Positions 1 to 11,405 of a stretch of DNA of 29,675 nt are shown here, one piece after another. Under the pieces are notes generated by a model that worked only from the letters and a program-made list of their open reading frames with translations, searched no databases and was not told where the DNA came from. A program made the position numbers and the translations under genes. Source of the DNA: Octopus sinensis (Eukaryota); NCBI RefSeq assembly GCF_006345805.1, contig NW_021836492.1:1-29675 (forward strand). Direction: 5' to 3'. How positions within the stretch are numbered: the first letter of the stretch is position 1; every line of letters starts with the position of its first letter.

Positions 1-89
1 TACTAGAAGTAATAGCTTATCCTATACTTTTACAGTTATAATAACAGTGATTGCATCATCCATAACTCACAACAAATGCGCCCTTAAAT

Positions 90-675
90 ATGGTTTCTGA
101 TTACAAATATCTTGGGATCATACATATCATCATCTGGAAAAGACTTTCTAACTAGAAAGGGTATGGCCTGGTCAGCCTGTAATGACATGCATAAGATCTG
201 GTCATCAATCTAAGTAGAGACTTCAACTTGAAATCTTCAAAGCCACAGTCGAACCAATTCTACTATATGGTTCAGAACCCTGGACGTTATCAAAGAAGCT
301 TGAGAGGCGGTTGGATGGAACCTACACTCGCCTCCTTATGAGAGCTCAAAATCTCTCGTGGAAGCGCCATCCAACCAAAATGCAAATATATGGGAAACTA
401 CCACCTGTGTCATCTCTTGTGAAAGGTAGGAGAGTCCAGTTTGCTGGACATTGTTGTAGAGCTGAAAAAGAGATAATTTCTACTCTTCTCCTCTGGAAGC
501 CATCTGCTTGCGATACCAGAGGGCGCACACTCTCCTACCCTGATGTAATCTCCAGGGATACAGGCATCCAGCAACAGGACCTCCGTAATGCCATGATGGA
601 CCGTGAAGTCTGGCGTAGCATAGTAAATTCCATTGTCTCGACCACGGTCGAACAATGATGATGATGATGATAATA
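90..675 (+). mobile_element. 3' end of an RTE-like non-LTR retrotransposon (ORF2 RT C-terminus, frameshifted) with (TGA)n tail
   Basis: Read across frameshifts: YKYLGSYISSSGKDFLTRKGMAWSACNDMHKIW...FKATVEPILLYGSEPWTLSKKLERRLDGTYTRLLMRAQ...RRVQFAGHCCR...DREVWRSIV. The stop at 656-658 runs straight into a tgatgatgatga tandem tail. Confidence 0.85.
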
Positions 676-1064
676 ACTTGTCCTGTACCTTTTCAGGTTT
701 ATAATCTTAAGAATATGACTTTCCATGTTCGCATTTTTCCATGGAATAAAATAAGGAAATAATGAGAGGAAAGAAAAGTTGAGCAACCTTTATATATTTC
801 AGGCACAATGACCCATCAACAGAAGAGAACAGCTAATCATAAATTAAATTCTAAATTAATTTTTAATCATGTAATTATCAAAGCAATTATCATCGCGAGC
901 AATTCCAGGTTTTGGGGCATAAATACAGTTCCTATTTTTAGATTTTCATCTCCCCTTTTTTATAAATTTTTTAGAGTACTTATTATATTTTTTCCGTAGT
1001 TTCTGCTGTGGCCATGCTGGAGCGTACTCTTCATTTGTCTCTAGTATTACTTCTTTCCGGGTAA

Positions 1065-1687
1065 TATATGGGTGTGTTGTGCCCATTTGAACGTTTGAGA
1101 CAATATGTCGACAAAAAGCCGTCCTCCATACTCTACCAGCATGCCAAAGGGAAGGAAAGGAAGCACTCCGTCGGTTACGACGATGAGGGTTCCGGTTGAT
1201 CCGATCAACGGAACAACCTGCTCGTGAAATTAACGTGTAAGTGGCTGAGCACTCCACAGACACGTGTACCCTTAACGTAGTTCTCGGGGATATTCAAGCG
1301 TGACACAGAGAGTGACAAGGCGGCCCTTTGAAATACAGGTACAACAGAAACAGGAAGTAAAAGTGAGAGAAAGTTGTGGTGAAAGAGTACAGCAGGGATC
1401 ACCACCATCCCCTGCCGGAGCCTCGTGGAGCTTTTAGGTGTTTTCGCTCAATAAACACTCACAACACCCGGTCTGGGAATCGAAACCGCGATCCTATGAC
1501 CGCGAGTCCGCTGCCCTAACCACTGGGGCATTGCGCCTCCACTTGCATGCCAAAGACCAGCATGGAGGTAACCTGGGTCAACTTGACATCGGCATTTTAT
1601 CCAAGCACCCAAAGAAACCCAACACTCAGACAAATACAGGAGTACCTCATCATAAATGAAACATCCCCAGTACTAAATAGGAAATAA
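1065..1687 (+). pseudogene. Degenerate GIY-YIG endonuclease C-terminal half, probably from a Penelope-like element, interrupted by a SINE
   Basis: Removing SINE 1150-1544 and one TSD copy gives YMGVLCPFERLRQYVDKKPSSILYQHAKDQHGGNLGQLDIGILSKHPKKP(+1 frameshift)TLRQIQEYLIINETSPVLNRK*. This matches the YIG..R..H / S.L..H...H / IL / R..E..I...P.LN pattern of PLE GIY-YIG domains. Confidence 0.65.
1150..1544 (-). mobile_element. Full-length tRNA(Arg)-like SINE, family A, with 11-bp TSD
   Basis: Minus-strand head gtggaggcgcaatgccccagtggttagggcagcggacTCGcggtc...ggtttcgattccc (A/B boxes, TCG anticodon-like triplet). TSD gcatgccaaag at 1139-1149 and 1545-1555. Confidence 0.9.
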
Positions 1688-1788
1688 TATATGTAGTAGG
1701 TAATCATACCCCTACACCCACAGATTATATTTATATACGGGTAGAATAGTTAGTGTCGGCTGTTATGTAGATGTGTATGTGTGTGTGT

Positions 1789-1842
<54 letters not shown>

Positions 1843-1854
1843 ATAGGTATATTT

Positions 1855-1980
1855 TGGGGCATATTCTGATAAGAATATGCCCCAATAGATGATTACAGAA
1901 TATTTCCTTTTTGTATTTGTTTGCAAAGTTCTTCGCGAGATCTCGTGTGTTGAAGCAAATTTTGTTGTATCACGGAATGT
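1855..1980 (+). repeat. Repeat fragment with a GGGGCATATTC/GAATATGCCCC hairpin, same family as the 8595-8950 palindrome (candidate PLE pseudo-LTR)
   Basis: 1897-1975 aligns by eye to the reverse complement of about 8880-8950. It lies downstream of the GIY-YIG relic. Confidence 0.5.
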
Positions 1981-2151
1981 TACTACGTGAGAAGATAGAT
2001 AAATACACCCAAAGCAGAACTTGAAGTAGGGAAGGCGGACAGCGACGAAAGAACTTTGACAAAACTAGCTGATTCGTTGTTTCACCGACCGATTAATCTA
2101 ACAATCGATTAGTCAAGTGGTTAAATATTTAACCAATTGACAAATAATAAT

Positions 2152-2535
2152 GGAAGCACTCCGTCGGTTACGACGATGAGGGTTCCGGTTGATCCGATCA
2201 ACGGAACAGCCTGCTCGTGAAATTAACGTGTAAGTGGCTGAGCACTCCACAGACACGTGTACCCTTGACGTAGTTCTCGGGGATATTCAGCGTGACACAG
2301 AGAGTGACAAGGCCGGCCCTTTGAAATACAGGTACAACAGAAACAGGAAGTAAGAGTGAGAGAAAGTTGTGGTGAAAGAGTATAGCAGGGATCACTACCA
2401 TCCCTGCCGGAGCCTTGTGGAGCTTTTAGGTGTTTTCGCTCAATAAACACTCACAACGCCCGGTCTGGGAATCGAAACCGCGATCCTACGACCGCGAGTC
2501 CGTTGCCCTAACCACTGGACCATTGCGCCTCCACT
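2152..2535 (-). mobile_element. Second full-length family A SINE with 12-bp TSD
   Basis: Near-identical to 1160-1544. TSD acaaataataat at 2140-2151 and 2536-2547. Confidence 0.9.
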
Positions 2536-2960
2536 ACAAATAATAATAAAACTAGTGAAATAGAACCAGTGCGTGTGTCTGTTGTTGGCATAATGACCCT
2601 CCGCCCCAAAGAAAGATGAGTTAAGCTTGACTGGACATTGAAGGAGAAGCAAGGAGGTGATGATTCGTAACATCCTACTTTGGGTGTCACCTTGGTATAG
2701 ACATAGTTATATTGGTCACTCTGTGAAACAAGTGTGTTCATCAGTTAACAGATGGCGTTGGACGTCACCAAGAGGAAATATCACGTGACATGAAAAGTAA
2801 AGGTATGTGTTAGATCACGTGACGCCAGTCCAAGCAAGCTCGATCCAGTGATCTTTCGTCATTTAACTCTTTCAGTCATTGAACTCCGGCCATGATGGAG
2901 CACAGCCTTGAAGGGCTTAGGAAACCAAATCGAAGCCAGGACTTTTTAAGTTTAAGACGA

Positions 2961-3295
2961 TTGCTTCCCAACCACATTGTTCCGGGTTCAGTCCCACTGC
3001 ATGGCACCTTGGGCAAGTGTCTTCTACTATAGCTTCGGGTCGACCAAAGTCTTGTGGTAGATGGAAACTGAAAGTAGCCTGTCGTATATGTGTGTGTGTG
3101 TTTGTCCCCCTACCATCGTTTGACCACCGATATTGGTGTGTTTACGCCCTACTAACTTAGCGGATCAGCAATAGAGACCGATAGAATAAGTACTAGGCTT
3201 AAAAAGTATAAGTCCTGGCGTCGATTGTTCGACTAAAGTCGGTGCTACAGCATGGCCGCAGTCAAATGACCGAAACAAGTAAAACAATAAAGGAA
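2961..3295 (+). mobile_element. Family B SINE (tRNA head, CORE-like ccttgggcaag segment, internal microsatellite), 5'-truncated
   Basis: Matches about 15 other copies in the window; ends in the gaaacaagtaaaa tail. Confidence 0.85.
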
Positions 3296-3304
3296 TATAT
3301 ATAT

Positions 3305-3703
3305 TCTTTTCTTTTCTTTTACTCTTTTACTTGTTTCAGTTATTTGACTGCGGCCATGCTGGGGTACCGCCTTTAGTCGAACAAATCGACCCCAGGACTT
3401 ATTCTTTGTAAGCCTAGTACTTACTCTATCGGTCTATTTTGCTGATCCGCTACGTTAGGGGGGCGTAAACACACCAGCATCGGTTGTCAAGTGATGTGGG
3501 GGGGGGCGCAAACACACACACACACACACATATATATACGACAGGCTTCTTTCAGTTTCCGTCTAAAAAAATTCACTCACAACGCTTTGGTCAGCCCGAG
3601 GCTATAGTAGAAGACACTTGCCCAAGATGCCACGCAGTGGGACCGAACCCGAAACCATGTGATTGGTAAGCAAGCTTCTTACCACACAGTCACTCCAGCG
3701 CCT
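3305..3703 (-). mobile_element. Family B SINE, full length, tail-to-tail with 2961-3295
   Basis: Reverse complement of the family B consensus aggcgcaggagtggctgtgtggtaag...gactgaaacaagtaaaagag. Confidence 0.88.
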
Positions 3704-3731
3704 AAATATATACATATATATATATGGGCGC

Positions 3732-3732
<1 letters not shown>

Positions 3733-3766
<34 letters not shown>

Positions 3767-3790
3767 GTGTGTGTGTGTGTAGGAAGAAGA

Positions 3791-3839
<49 letters not shown>
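3733..3839. repeat. Compound (TG)n + (AGT)n microsatellite
   Basis: Directly visible. Confidence 0.95.
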
Positions 3840-4369
3840 AATAGTGCCTTGCCATGTTTTCTTCAGAAGTTTTAAAAGAAAAAGCAAGCATCAGCAGCAG
3901 AAGCTTAATTCTTTTTTCTTTATTCTTCTCCACCCGGTACTCGTTCCCCCCCCCCCTCCCCTCGCCCCCACCCACTTGTCCCCTCCCCCCCCCCTCTCAC
4001 CACAGAAAACAATAACACACAATTTCTTTCGTACATACATACCCTGACTTCACCCGAAAGAATTTTTGCATAAATCCATTTGATCCGCTTATACGACTCA
4101 CCCACTTTACAAATTCTCCCTTCCCTAACCCTCCCTCTTTATACCCGATTGTTTTACGTATCCCAGCCGCGCCGCACCCCCACCGACTAACCCCACCCCC
4201 CACAGACACACATACACTCACACACTCACACCGTCTTTCAATTCTTTTCCTTTTTCTTTCTTCTCTTCCTCTCTGTTCTATATTTAGGTTGTTTCTATTT
4301 TTAGCTCTCAACGTATTCCTCGGGATATCACTTCGACTCCCTTTCTTCGTGTTTTTATAAGGACCCCAG

Positions 4370-4893
4370 ACCATCTCCCCCTCTCTCTCTCCCTCTCTCT
4401 CTTTCTCTCCCACTCTCCCTCTTTCTCCCTCTGTCTAATGTTTCTCTCTCTGTCTCCCTTCACTTTCCCTATCCCTCTTTCTCCCTCTGCCTCTCTCTTT
4501 CTCTTTCACTCTCTCTCTCTCTCACTCTCTCTCCCTCAGCCTCTTTTTCCTGTCTATCTGTCTGTCTGTCTCTCTCTCTCTTTCACTTTCCCTCTGCCTC
4601 TTTCTCCCTCTGTCTCTCTCTATTTCACTGTCTCTCACTTTCCGTCTTCCTCTTTCTCCCTATGTCTCTCTCTCTCTTTCACTCTCTCTCCCTCTCTCTC
4701 TCTCTCTCTCCGTCTTTCTCGTTCTGTCTCTCTCTTTCACTCTCCCTCTTTCTCCATTTGTCTGCCTCTCTCTTTCACTCTCTTTCTCTCACTTTTTTTC
4801 TCACTTCTGTTTTATATTTCCTTTAAGAACAGCTTATTGTTAATTTTCGCACCGATCGCAACCATACTTCTGCTGCTGCTGCTGCTAATACTT

Positions 4894-4944
<51 letters not shown>
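4370..4944. repeat. CT-rich polypyrimidine tract followed by (CTG)n/(CTA)n
   Basis: Directly visible; explains the spurious ORF 4438-5010. Confidence 0.9.
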
Positions 4945-4947
4945 ACC

Positions 4948-5211
4948 TTCGTTTCTTGTTTCAGTCATTGGACAGCGGCCATGCTGGAGCACCGCCTTGA
5001 AGGGTTTTAGCCGACCAAATCGAAACACGGTGCTTATTCTTGTAAGCGTTGGTACTTATTCTATTGGGCCCTTTGCCGAACCACTAAGTTACGAGTACGT
5101 AAACAAACTGACAACGGTTGTCAACTGGTGGTTATTTCTTGCGAGTATTTCTTGCCACCGAACACAAAAATCCGCCCTCAGACACACTCACTCACACACA
5201 CACATACACAT

Positions 5212-5244
<33 letters not shown>

Positions 5245-5256
5245 TACACACACACG

Positions 5257-5298
<42 letters not shown>

Positions 5299-5421
5299 CG
5301 TATATACGACAGTCTTCTTTCAGTTTTCGTCTACCAAATCCACTCACAAGGTTTTGGTAAAACTGGGGTTATAGTAGAAGACACTTGCCCAAGGTGGCAC
5401 GTAGTGGGACCGAACCCGGAA
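4948..5421 (-). mobile_element. Family B SINE with expanded internal (CA)/(TA) microsatellite, 5'-truncated
   Basis: Family B tail at 4948-5125 and head portion at 5305-5421. Confidence 0.8.
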
Positions 5422-5593
5422 TATGTGTATTTGTGTGTGTGCGTGGGTGTGGGTATGGGTGTGTATGCAAATGATAAGAAGACAAAGAAAATTCTTTCAC
5501 ATCATCTTTAATCACTCGTAACAGCTGTTTCTGTACCGAATGTATTTGCAACACCAGTTTCCGCAAAAATTCGAAGTAAAAATTTACGTAAAT

Positions 5594-5851
5594 AGGCGCA
5601 GGAGTGGCTGTGTGGTAAGTAGCTTGGTTACCAACCACATGGTTCCGGGTTCAGTCTTACCCCAGGAGTGGCTGTGTGGTAAGTAGCTTGCTAACCAACC
5701 ACATGGCTGCGGGTTCAGTCCCACTGCGTGGCATCTTGGGCAGGTGTCTTCTACTATGGCCTCGGGCCGACCAAAGTCTTGTGAGTGGATTTGGTAGACG
5801 GAAACTGAAAGATGCCCGTCGTATACTTACCACACAGCCACTCCTGCGCCT
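5594..5851 (+). mobile_element. Rearranged family B SINE heads (partial head, restarted head, inverted 5' end)
   Basis: 5594-5657 head; 5663-5823 second head; 5826-5851 reverse-complement head. Confidence 0.85.
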
Positions 5852-5917
5852 ATGTATGTATGTATGTATGTATGTATGTATGTATGTATGTATGTATGTA
5901 TGTATGTATGTAGAGTC

Positions 5918-6110
5918 GCCATGATAGATCGGTATCCACTACACACATTTTTTCTCTCCTTGTTTCTTTCTGTGTCCCTTTCTGTAGAAGAGCGAAGGCT
6001 CGAAACGTAAAATAATTTTTCAATTCCTGAGCGTTATACCAATACATCTGTTTGTTTTCTACACCACCTGTCTTCGTCTTTTGTTGTTTTTTTTCGTGTA
6101 GTCTCTCTCT
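5918..6110 (+). mobile_element. Short repeat family C with variant HHR-like motif (copy 1)
   Basis: Shared with 22848-23018 and 26586-26785. Motif ttt CTGTAGA a GAGC gaag GCTC GAAA CG TA aaa at about 5979-6012. Flanked by (TATG)n and (TA)n. Confidence 0.7.
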
Positions 6111-6271
6111 ATGTGTATATACATATATATAAATAAATATAAATATCATATATATATATAATATATATTATATATATATAATATATATATATCTAATATA
6201 TATATATATATATTATATATTATATAATATATATATATATATATAATATATATATATAATATATATATATA

Positions 6272-6430
6272 TAATACAAAATGGGACAGAACGCAAAAGA
6301 TCGGACAGATATGTGATACAAAAAGGAACAACAAACATCCAGATAGACGATACAAAGAAAACAAATGCAGGTCATTCGAAGTTTTCTTTCTTCAGTCAAG
6401 CACCAGATTATCCTCGCAATTTCGGCTGGT
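6272..6430 (-). repeat. Unclassified element next to a (TA)n tract, possibly a PLE pseudo-LTR fragment
   Basis: Minus strand has ccGAAAttgcg and CTGAAGA-aag-aaaa-ctt-cGAA followed by a T-rich tail. Single copy here and no complete HHR fold. Confidence 0.3.
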
Positions 6431-6779
6431 AGGTACGTATGTATGTGGAATGAAATAAACGATAAGGGAACAGGAATTACGAAATAAAATCCATTAGCAT
6501 ACATCTTTTTCTGCTATAAGATGCCGTGCACGCATAGCTGAATGCCTGTGCATCACATCATAGCTTACGCAGAGCTTCTAAATCGAGCTCTGTGTGCACT
6601 GCATTTGATAGCAGAAACACTTGTAAGCCAAGGATGTTTGATCACGTGATTCCTGTTTCTTTTTTTTTTCTTTTTTTTTTTACGTTTTGGCATCCATTCA
6701 ATTTCTTAATTCGTTTGGTCCTCAATTAACGCTTTTTTTCTGTATAAGGAGTTGTAACACCAAGATATTAGTATTGCAA

Positions 6780-7009
6780 GGCGGCGAGCTGGCAGAAACG
6801 TTAGCACACCGGGCGAAATGCTTAGCGGTATTGCGTCTGTCGTTGCGTTCTGTGTTCAAATTCCGCCGAGGTCGACTTTGCCTTTCATCCTTTCAGGGTC
6901 GATAAATTAAGTACCAGTTACGCACTGGGGTCGATATAATCGACTTAATCCGTTGTCTGTCCTTGTTTGTCCCCTCTATGGTTTAGCCCCTTGTGGGCAA
7001 TAAAGAAAC
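6780..7009 (+). mobile_element. Family D SINE with central gcctttcatcctttc-gggtcgataaa-agtacc domain (Meta-domain-like) and 17-bp TSD
   Basis: TSD agatattagtattgcaa at 6763-6779 and 7010-7026. Box A-like agctggcagaaacg and box B-like gttcaaattcc. Confidence 0.88.
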
Positions 7010-7045
7010 AGATATTAGTATTGCAATGCCCAAGCGAAATCTCTC

Positions 7046-7081
<36 letters not shown>

Positions 7082-7122
7082 AATAAGAAGATGAAAACAC
7101 ATACGTATTTGCATACATCCAT

Positions 7123-7513
7123 AGGCGTAGGTGTGGCTCTATGGTAAATAGCTTGCTTACAAACTACATGGTTCTGGGTTCAGTCTCACTGCGTGGCACC
7201 TTGGGCAAGTGTCTTCTACTATAGCCTCGGGCCGACCAAAGCCTTGTGAGTGGATTTGGTAGACGGAAACGGAAAGAAATCCGTCGTATATATGTATGTA
7301 TACATATATATATGTGTGCGTGTATATGTGTTTGACAACCTATACTGGTGTGTTTACGTCCCCGTTACTTAGCGGTTCGGCAAAAGAGACCGATAGAATA
7401 AGTACAAGGTTTACAAAGAATAATTCCTGGGGGTCGATTTGCTCGACTAAAAAGGCGGCGCTCCAGCATGGCCACAGTCAAATGGCTGAAACAGGAGTAA
7501 AAGAGTAAAAGAG
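7123..7513 (+). mobile_element. Family B SINE, full length
   Basis: Head aggcgtaggtgtggct...ggttcagtctc; tail gtaaaagagtaaaagag. Confidence 0.88.
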
Positions 7514-8082
7514 TATATCTGTGCGTGTGCGCACATGTTTGTCAGCGCATATTTTGCAACTTTTACTTTCTGCTCCTCTTCCTCTCCTCTCTCTCTCTCT
7601 CCCCTCCTCCACTCTCTCCTCCTCCTCCTCCTCCTCTTTCTCTCCTCTACCATTCTCTCTTGATTCCATTTATTTCCAACTAAATTCCTCACAACCAATA
7701 TCACAATAAGAGTTTATATCTCGTCGCGGTGATCTCGGAAATGTAATCTCCAAAATGAAAGTATTTTTCACCTAACATTCAATTAATCCGGATTAAAGAA
7801 TTAATGGAAAATTCCTACGGCAACATTTAATAATCTGTACCGTTTCTTTTCACCACATCTGTCATAACAAACCTAAGCCGGGTGTTTTCATAAACGATTC
7901 TCTTCACTAAGAGTATTTCTTCCACTTCTTTTTTTTTTTTTCCCCCCGATCTTACTAAAATACCCGATATTAAGATTAGTTAGAAGCTCAGTTATAGAGT
8001 TCTGGGTTTCGAATCCTGTAAGATTACAAAATCACCATTCCTTCATGTTTTATTTTTACCGTTTGTTTCATTTTATTTTGTA

Positions 8083-8593
8083 CTAGCAGTATCGCCCGGC
8101 GTTGCTCGTTTTGTAAGGGAAATAACTATATAAGCATTTTTAGTGAGTTATAGCAAAAAAATAGCAAAAAAATGGAATAAAAAATTATGGTAATTTTGGT
8201 GTCTTCAAGCCATGAAGTCGTTGTTCTAAAAGAACGCTGGTCTCCTTGACAATGCTTTACGACGTTGATTTCCTTACACTCCCTTCCCCACAGCTTCACG
8301 AGGGAGGGAAGAAGGGAGAGAAGCAACACAGGTGCAGGTGTGACCATGGACGCCAACTCCGCCGCCATCGACACACGAAATAATATGCGTTAAAATGGAA
8401 AAAAATGATGTTAAATTATTTTTAAAATCGTAGACTCATCGTAGACGCGCGCTAATACCCAGACGGGCTCGATATAAATCCCGACTATAAGATACCTGAA
8501 TTTGGTTAAACTGCACCACAAAATGTGGGAGTAGTTAGGAATCTAAATCGTAGGAGACAGACACTCACACAACTACAGTTTTATATATATAGA
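8083..8593 (-). mobile_element. Non-autonomous Helitron
   Basis: Minus strand starts TCtatatatataaaa and ends cgagcaacgccgggcgatactgCTAG with a degenerate subterminal GC hairpin. Inserted between A and T with no TSD. Confidence 0.8.
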
Positions 8594-8594
8594 T

Positions 8595-8950
8595 GTTAAT
8601 ATATTTTCTGTTGTGTCTAGGAAGAGTCATTTTCTTTTTGTGCCTTACAATTTAACACACACACCGGTAAAATTTCCACTTATTTTCATTTTTATTTTTC
8701 TAAAATTTTCATGGCGTCTTGCAACCTTTAAAATTTTCGTTGCGTCTTGCAACCTTTTCAATAGTCAAGACTATTGAAAAGGTTGCAAGATGCAACGAAA
8801 ATTTTAGAAAAAAAGAAATAAAAAATAAGTGGAAATTTTACCGGTGAGTAAAAAGGCACGAAAAGAAAATTACTCTCCCCAGACACAGCAGAATATGTTT
8901 CAACAAAGAATCTTGCAAACCAAATCCAAAAATGAAATATATTTTCTATT
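8595..8950. repeat. Long inverted repeat centred at 8767-8768 with an internal 28-29 bp tandem duplication
   Basis: taaaattttcgttgcgtcttgcaaccttttcaatagtc-aa-gactattgaaaaggttgcaagatgcaacgaaaatttta. Arms continue imperfectly to about 8600 and 8900. Confidence 0.9.
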
Positions 8951-9106
8951 TTCTTTTTTTTTATTTTGTAGGTGTAAGTCATCTATCACTCTGTGTAACA
9001 TCCCGACCTAGTGCTTTGAGTGGTAGCAGTAAGACATCGCCCTGTTTGACACCAGTTCCCAGTGCTTTGACTGATAGTACTAACAAAAAAAAGTAATAAT
9101 AATAAA

Positions 9107-9415
9107 ACACTCCGTCGGTTACGAAGACGAGAGTTTCAGTTGATCCAATCAGCAGAACAACCAGCTCGTGAAATTTACGTACAAGTGGCTGAGTACTCCA
9201 GAGACACGCGTATCTTTAACGTAGTTTGCAGAGAGACTCGGTGTGACGTAGAATGTGGCTCTTTGAAATACAGGTACACTTCAATTTTGCCAGTTGAGTG
9301 AACTGGAGCAACGTGAAATAAAGTGTTTTGCTCAAGGATACTACGTACTGCTGGGAATCGAACTGACGACCTTGCGATCGTGAGCCAAATACCCTACCCA
9401 CTAAGACACGTGCCT
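9107..9415 (-). mobile_element. CORE-type tRNA SINE sharing the 3' tail of family A
   Basis: 9107-9277 aligns to the family A tail. The body has tccttgagcaaaacactttatttc (CORE-like) and the head has box B gttcgattccc. Confidence 0.75.
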
Positions 9416-9649
9416 ACACAAGTAGCAGTAACGAAATCGCTCTGTCGAGTATCACTGCCTTCTATTTCCAGTGGCAGCAATAAAACATCGCCCTGCTTCA
9501 CGCCTAGACTTGGACTTTTGTGTCGTAGCGGTAACAACTGCGTCCTTTTTAACCCATTGCCTGCCATGAGCCCCATTTGGGGATCTGCTAAAAACAGTCT
9601 CACATCCGTTCTATTTAAAATGAATTGCTTGTGGACATTGCATTTGTGC

Positions 9650-10052
9650 TTTCGGTTTAAATACCACCTAAGTCGACTTTGCCTTTTAACTTCTTGGGAT
9701 CGATAAAAATAAATACCAGTTGGGCACTGGGCTCGATGTAATTGACTGATCCCACCCCCAAAATTGCTGGCCTTGTACCAAGATTAGAAATAATTAATTA
9801 TACTCGCGTATATCAAAATTATGAAGAACAGTTTTCCATACCGGTTTCAAGTTTTGGCACAAATCCAACAACTTTAAAGGGAGTATGTCAATCATATAGA
9901 TCCCAGTGTTCAGTTGGCACTTATTTTATCGACCCCGAAAAAATGAAATCAAATTTGACTCTGACAGCATATGAACTCAGAATTAAAAGCTGGAAGAAAT
10001 GGCGTTATGCATATTTTCGGCGTGCTAACGATTTTGCCAGCGCGCTTCCTTA
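9650..10052. mobile_element. Two diverged family D-like SINE copies in opposite orientation (9650-9790 +, 9840-10052 -)
   Basis: gtcgactttgccttt...gatcgataaaaataaataccag on plus, then acttattttatcgaccccgaaa...ttttgccagcgcgc (reverse complement of family D). Confidence 0.65.
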
Positions 10053-10339
10053 AACAATGTTGTTCATAGTGTCGAAGCATTAATATGAATTTCCAAAAGT
10101 GTTAAATTTTATTGAAAAAAAAATTTTCTGGCGTACATGTAGCGCACAATAGAGAACCACGTGCTCAGTATTTTGTAAATTTCTTGACGATCCCTTCATC
10201 TCTTTACATGCCGACGTTTCTCGTGCAAACATTAACCTGCAAATGTTCAGATTGTCAACTAACCACATCAGCCTTACCAGTCGGGCAGTGTAGTCTGCGA
10301 TCGTCATTAGCACTGCCCTATCTCTTCTGAGAAGCACTA

Positions 10340-11190
10340 CCATTGCCCCCACCACCACCACCACCACCACTACCAACCCCTCTGCCGAAGCAACAAGCAA
10401 CATAACCGCCATCACCATCACTGCCATCAACACCACTGCTAACAACACACCACCACCACCACCACCATCACCACTACAACCACAGCCATCACCATCATGA
10501 CCACAATAAGCTAGATGACCATCGCTCCTATTAACACCATCACCACCGTTACGACCAAACCCCACAAACACCACCATCGGCGCCACCACATAGAGATTCC
10601 GTCTGCCCAATTTCATTCCAAAAATATGAGTCGAAAAGAAGCGATCGAAAAAAAGTCATATTTCCCTAAAATACCACGCAGTGAGATCGAAACCGAAACC
10701 TTGCAGTTACGAGGAGAAACTCTAAACCATTCCGCCACACTGTGCCTACCCTATACTCTTCAACACCCGCACCATCGTCACCGCCCTGCACCTATACCAC
10801 CCACGTCCTTGCTACAAAGACCCGGATATATGCTTACTTCCTCAACAGCACGAAATCTGCAATTATCGTTAAGGCATGTTTTGCAGAAATGTGTGCGTAT
10901 GTGTGTGTGCGCGATTGTATTCATATATACATTTATGTGTGTATGTATGTATGTTTATATATATGTATGCTTGTATGTATGTATGTAATATATATATATT
11001 TATGTATGTGCATGTATGTATGTATGCGTGTGTGTCGATGTATATATGTATGTATATGTGTATATACGTATGTATGCATGCTTATATGTACGCAATATGC
11101 ATATATCAATGTATATATGTATGTACGTATATATACACGTAATATGTACCTATGTGTGTGTATTTATATATATGTATTCATATATGCGTC

Positions 11191-11229
<39 letters not shown>

Positions 11230-11405
11230 TGTGTGTGTGTGTGTGTATGTATGTATGCATGCATGTATATACGCATGTAATATACTTACGAATGCAATAT
11301 TTATACATTAATGTATATATGTATGTAGGTATGTATGCATGTAACTTGTGTGTGTGTGTGTAGTAGTAGTAGTAGTAGTAGTTAGTAGTAGTAGTAGTAG
11401 TAGCA
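10340..11405. repeat. (CAC)-rich tract, decayed family B head (10595-10750, -), then a long TATG/TA/TG/(TAG)n microsatellite
   Basis: Directly visible low-complexity sequence. Confidence 0.85.

Noticed and set aside
2735-2750. CTGATGA on the minus strand
   Set aside because: No downstream stem II-GAAA.
4438-5010. 190-aa Leu/Ser-rich ORF
   Set aside because: CT-rich tract plus (CTA)n and a SINE tail.
5515-5560. Minus-strand GAAA-CAGCTG-TT resembling an HHR 3' half
   Set aside because: No CUGANGA and no stem I; at best an unrecognisable relic.
8985-9545. CRISPR-like spaced repeats
   Set aside because: Eukaryotic context, degenerate units, no unique spacers and no cas genes.
10205-10275. Minus-strand CTGATGT...GAAACGTC
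   Set aside because: The core lacks GA and neither stem I nor stem II pairs.
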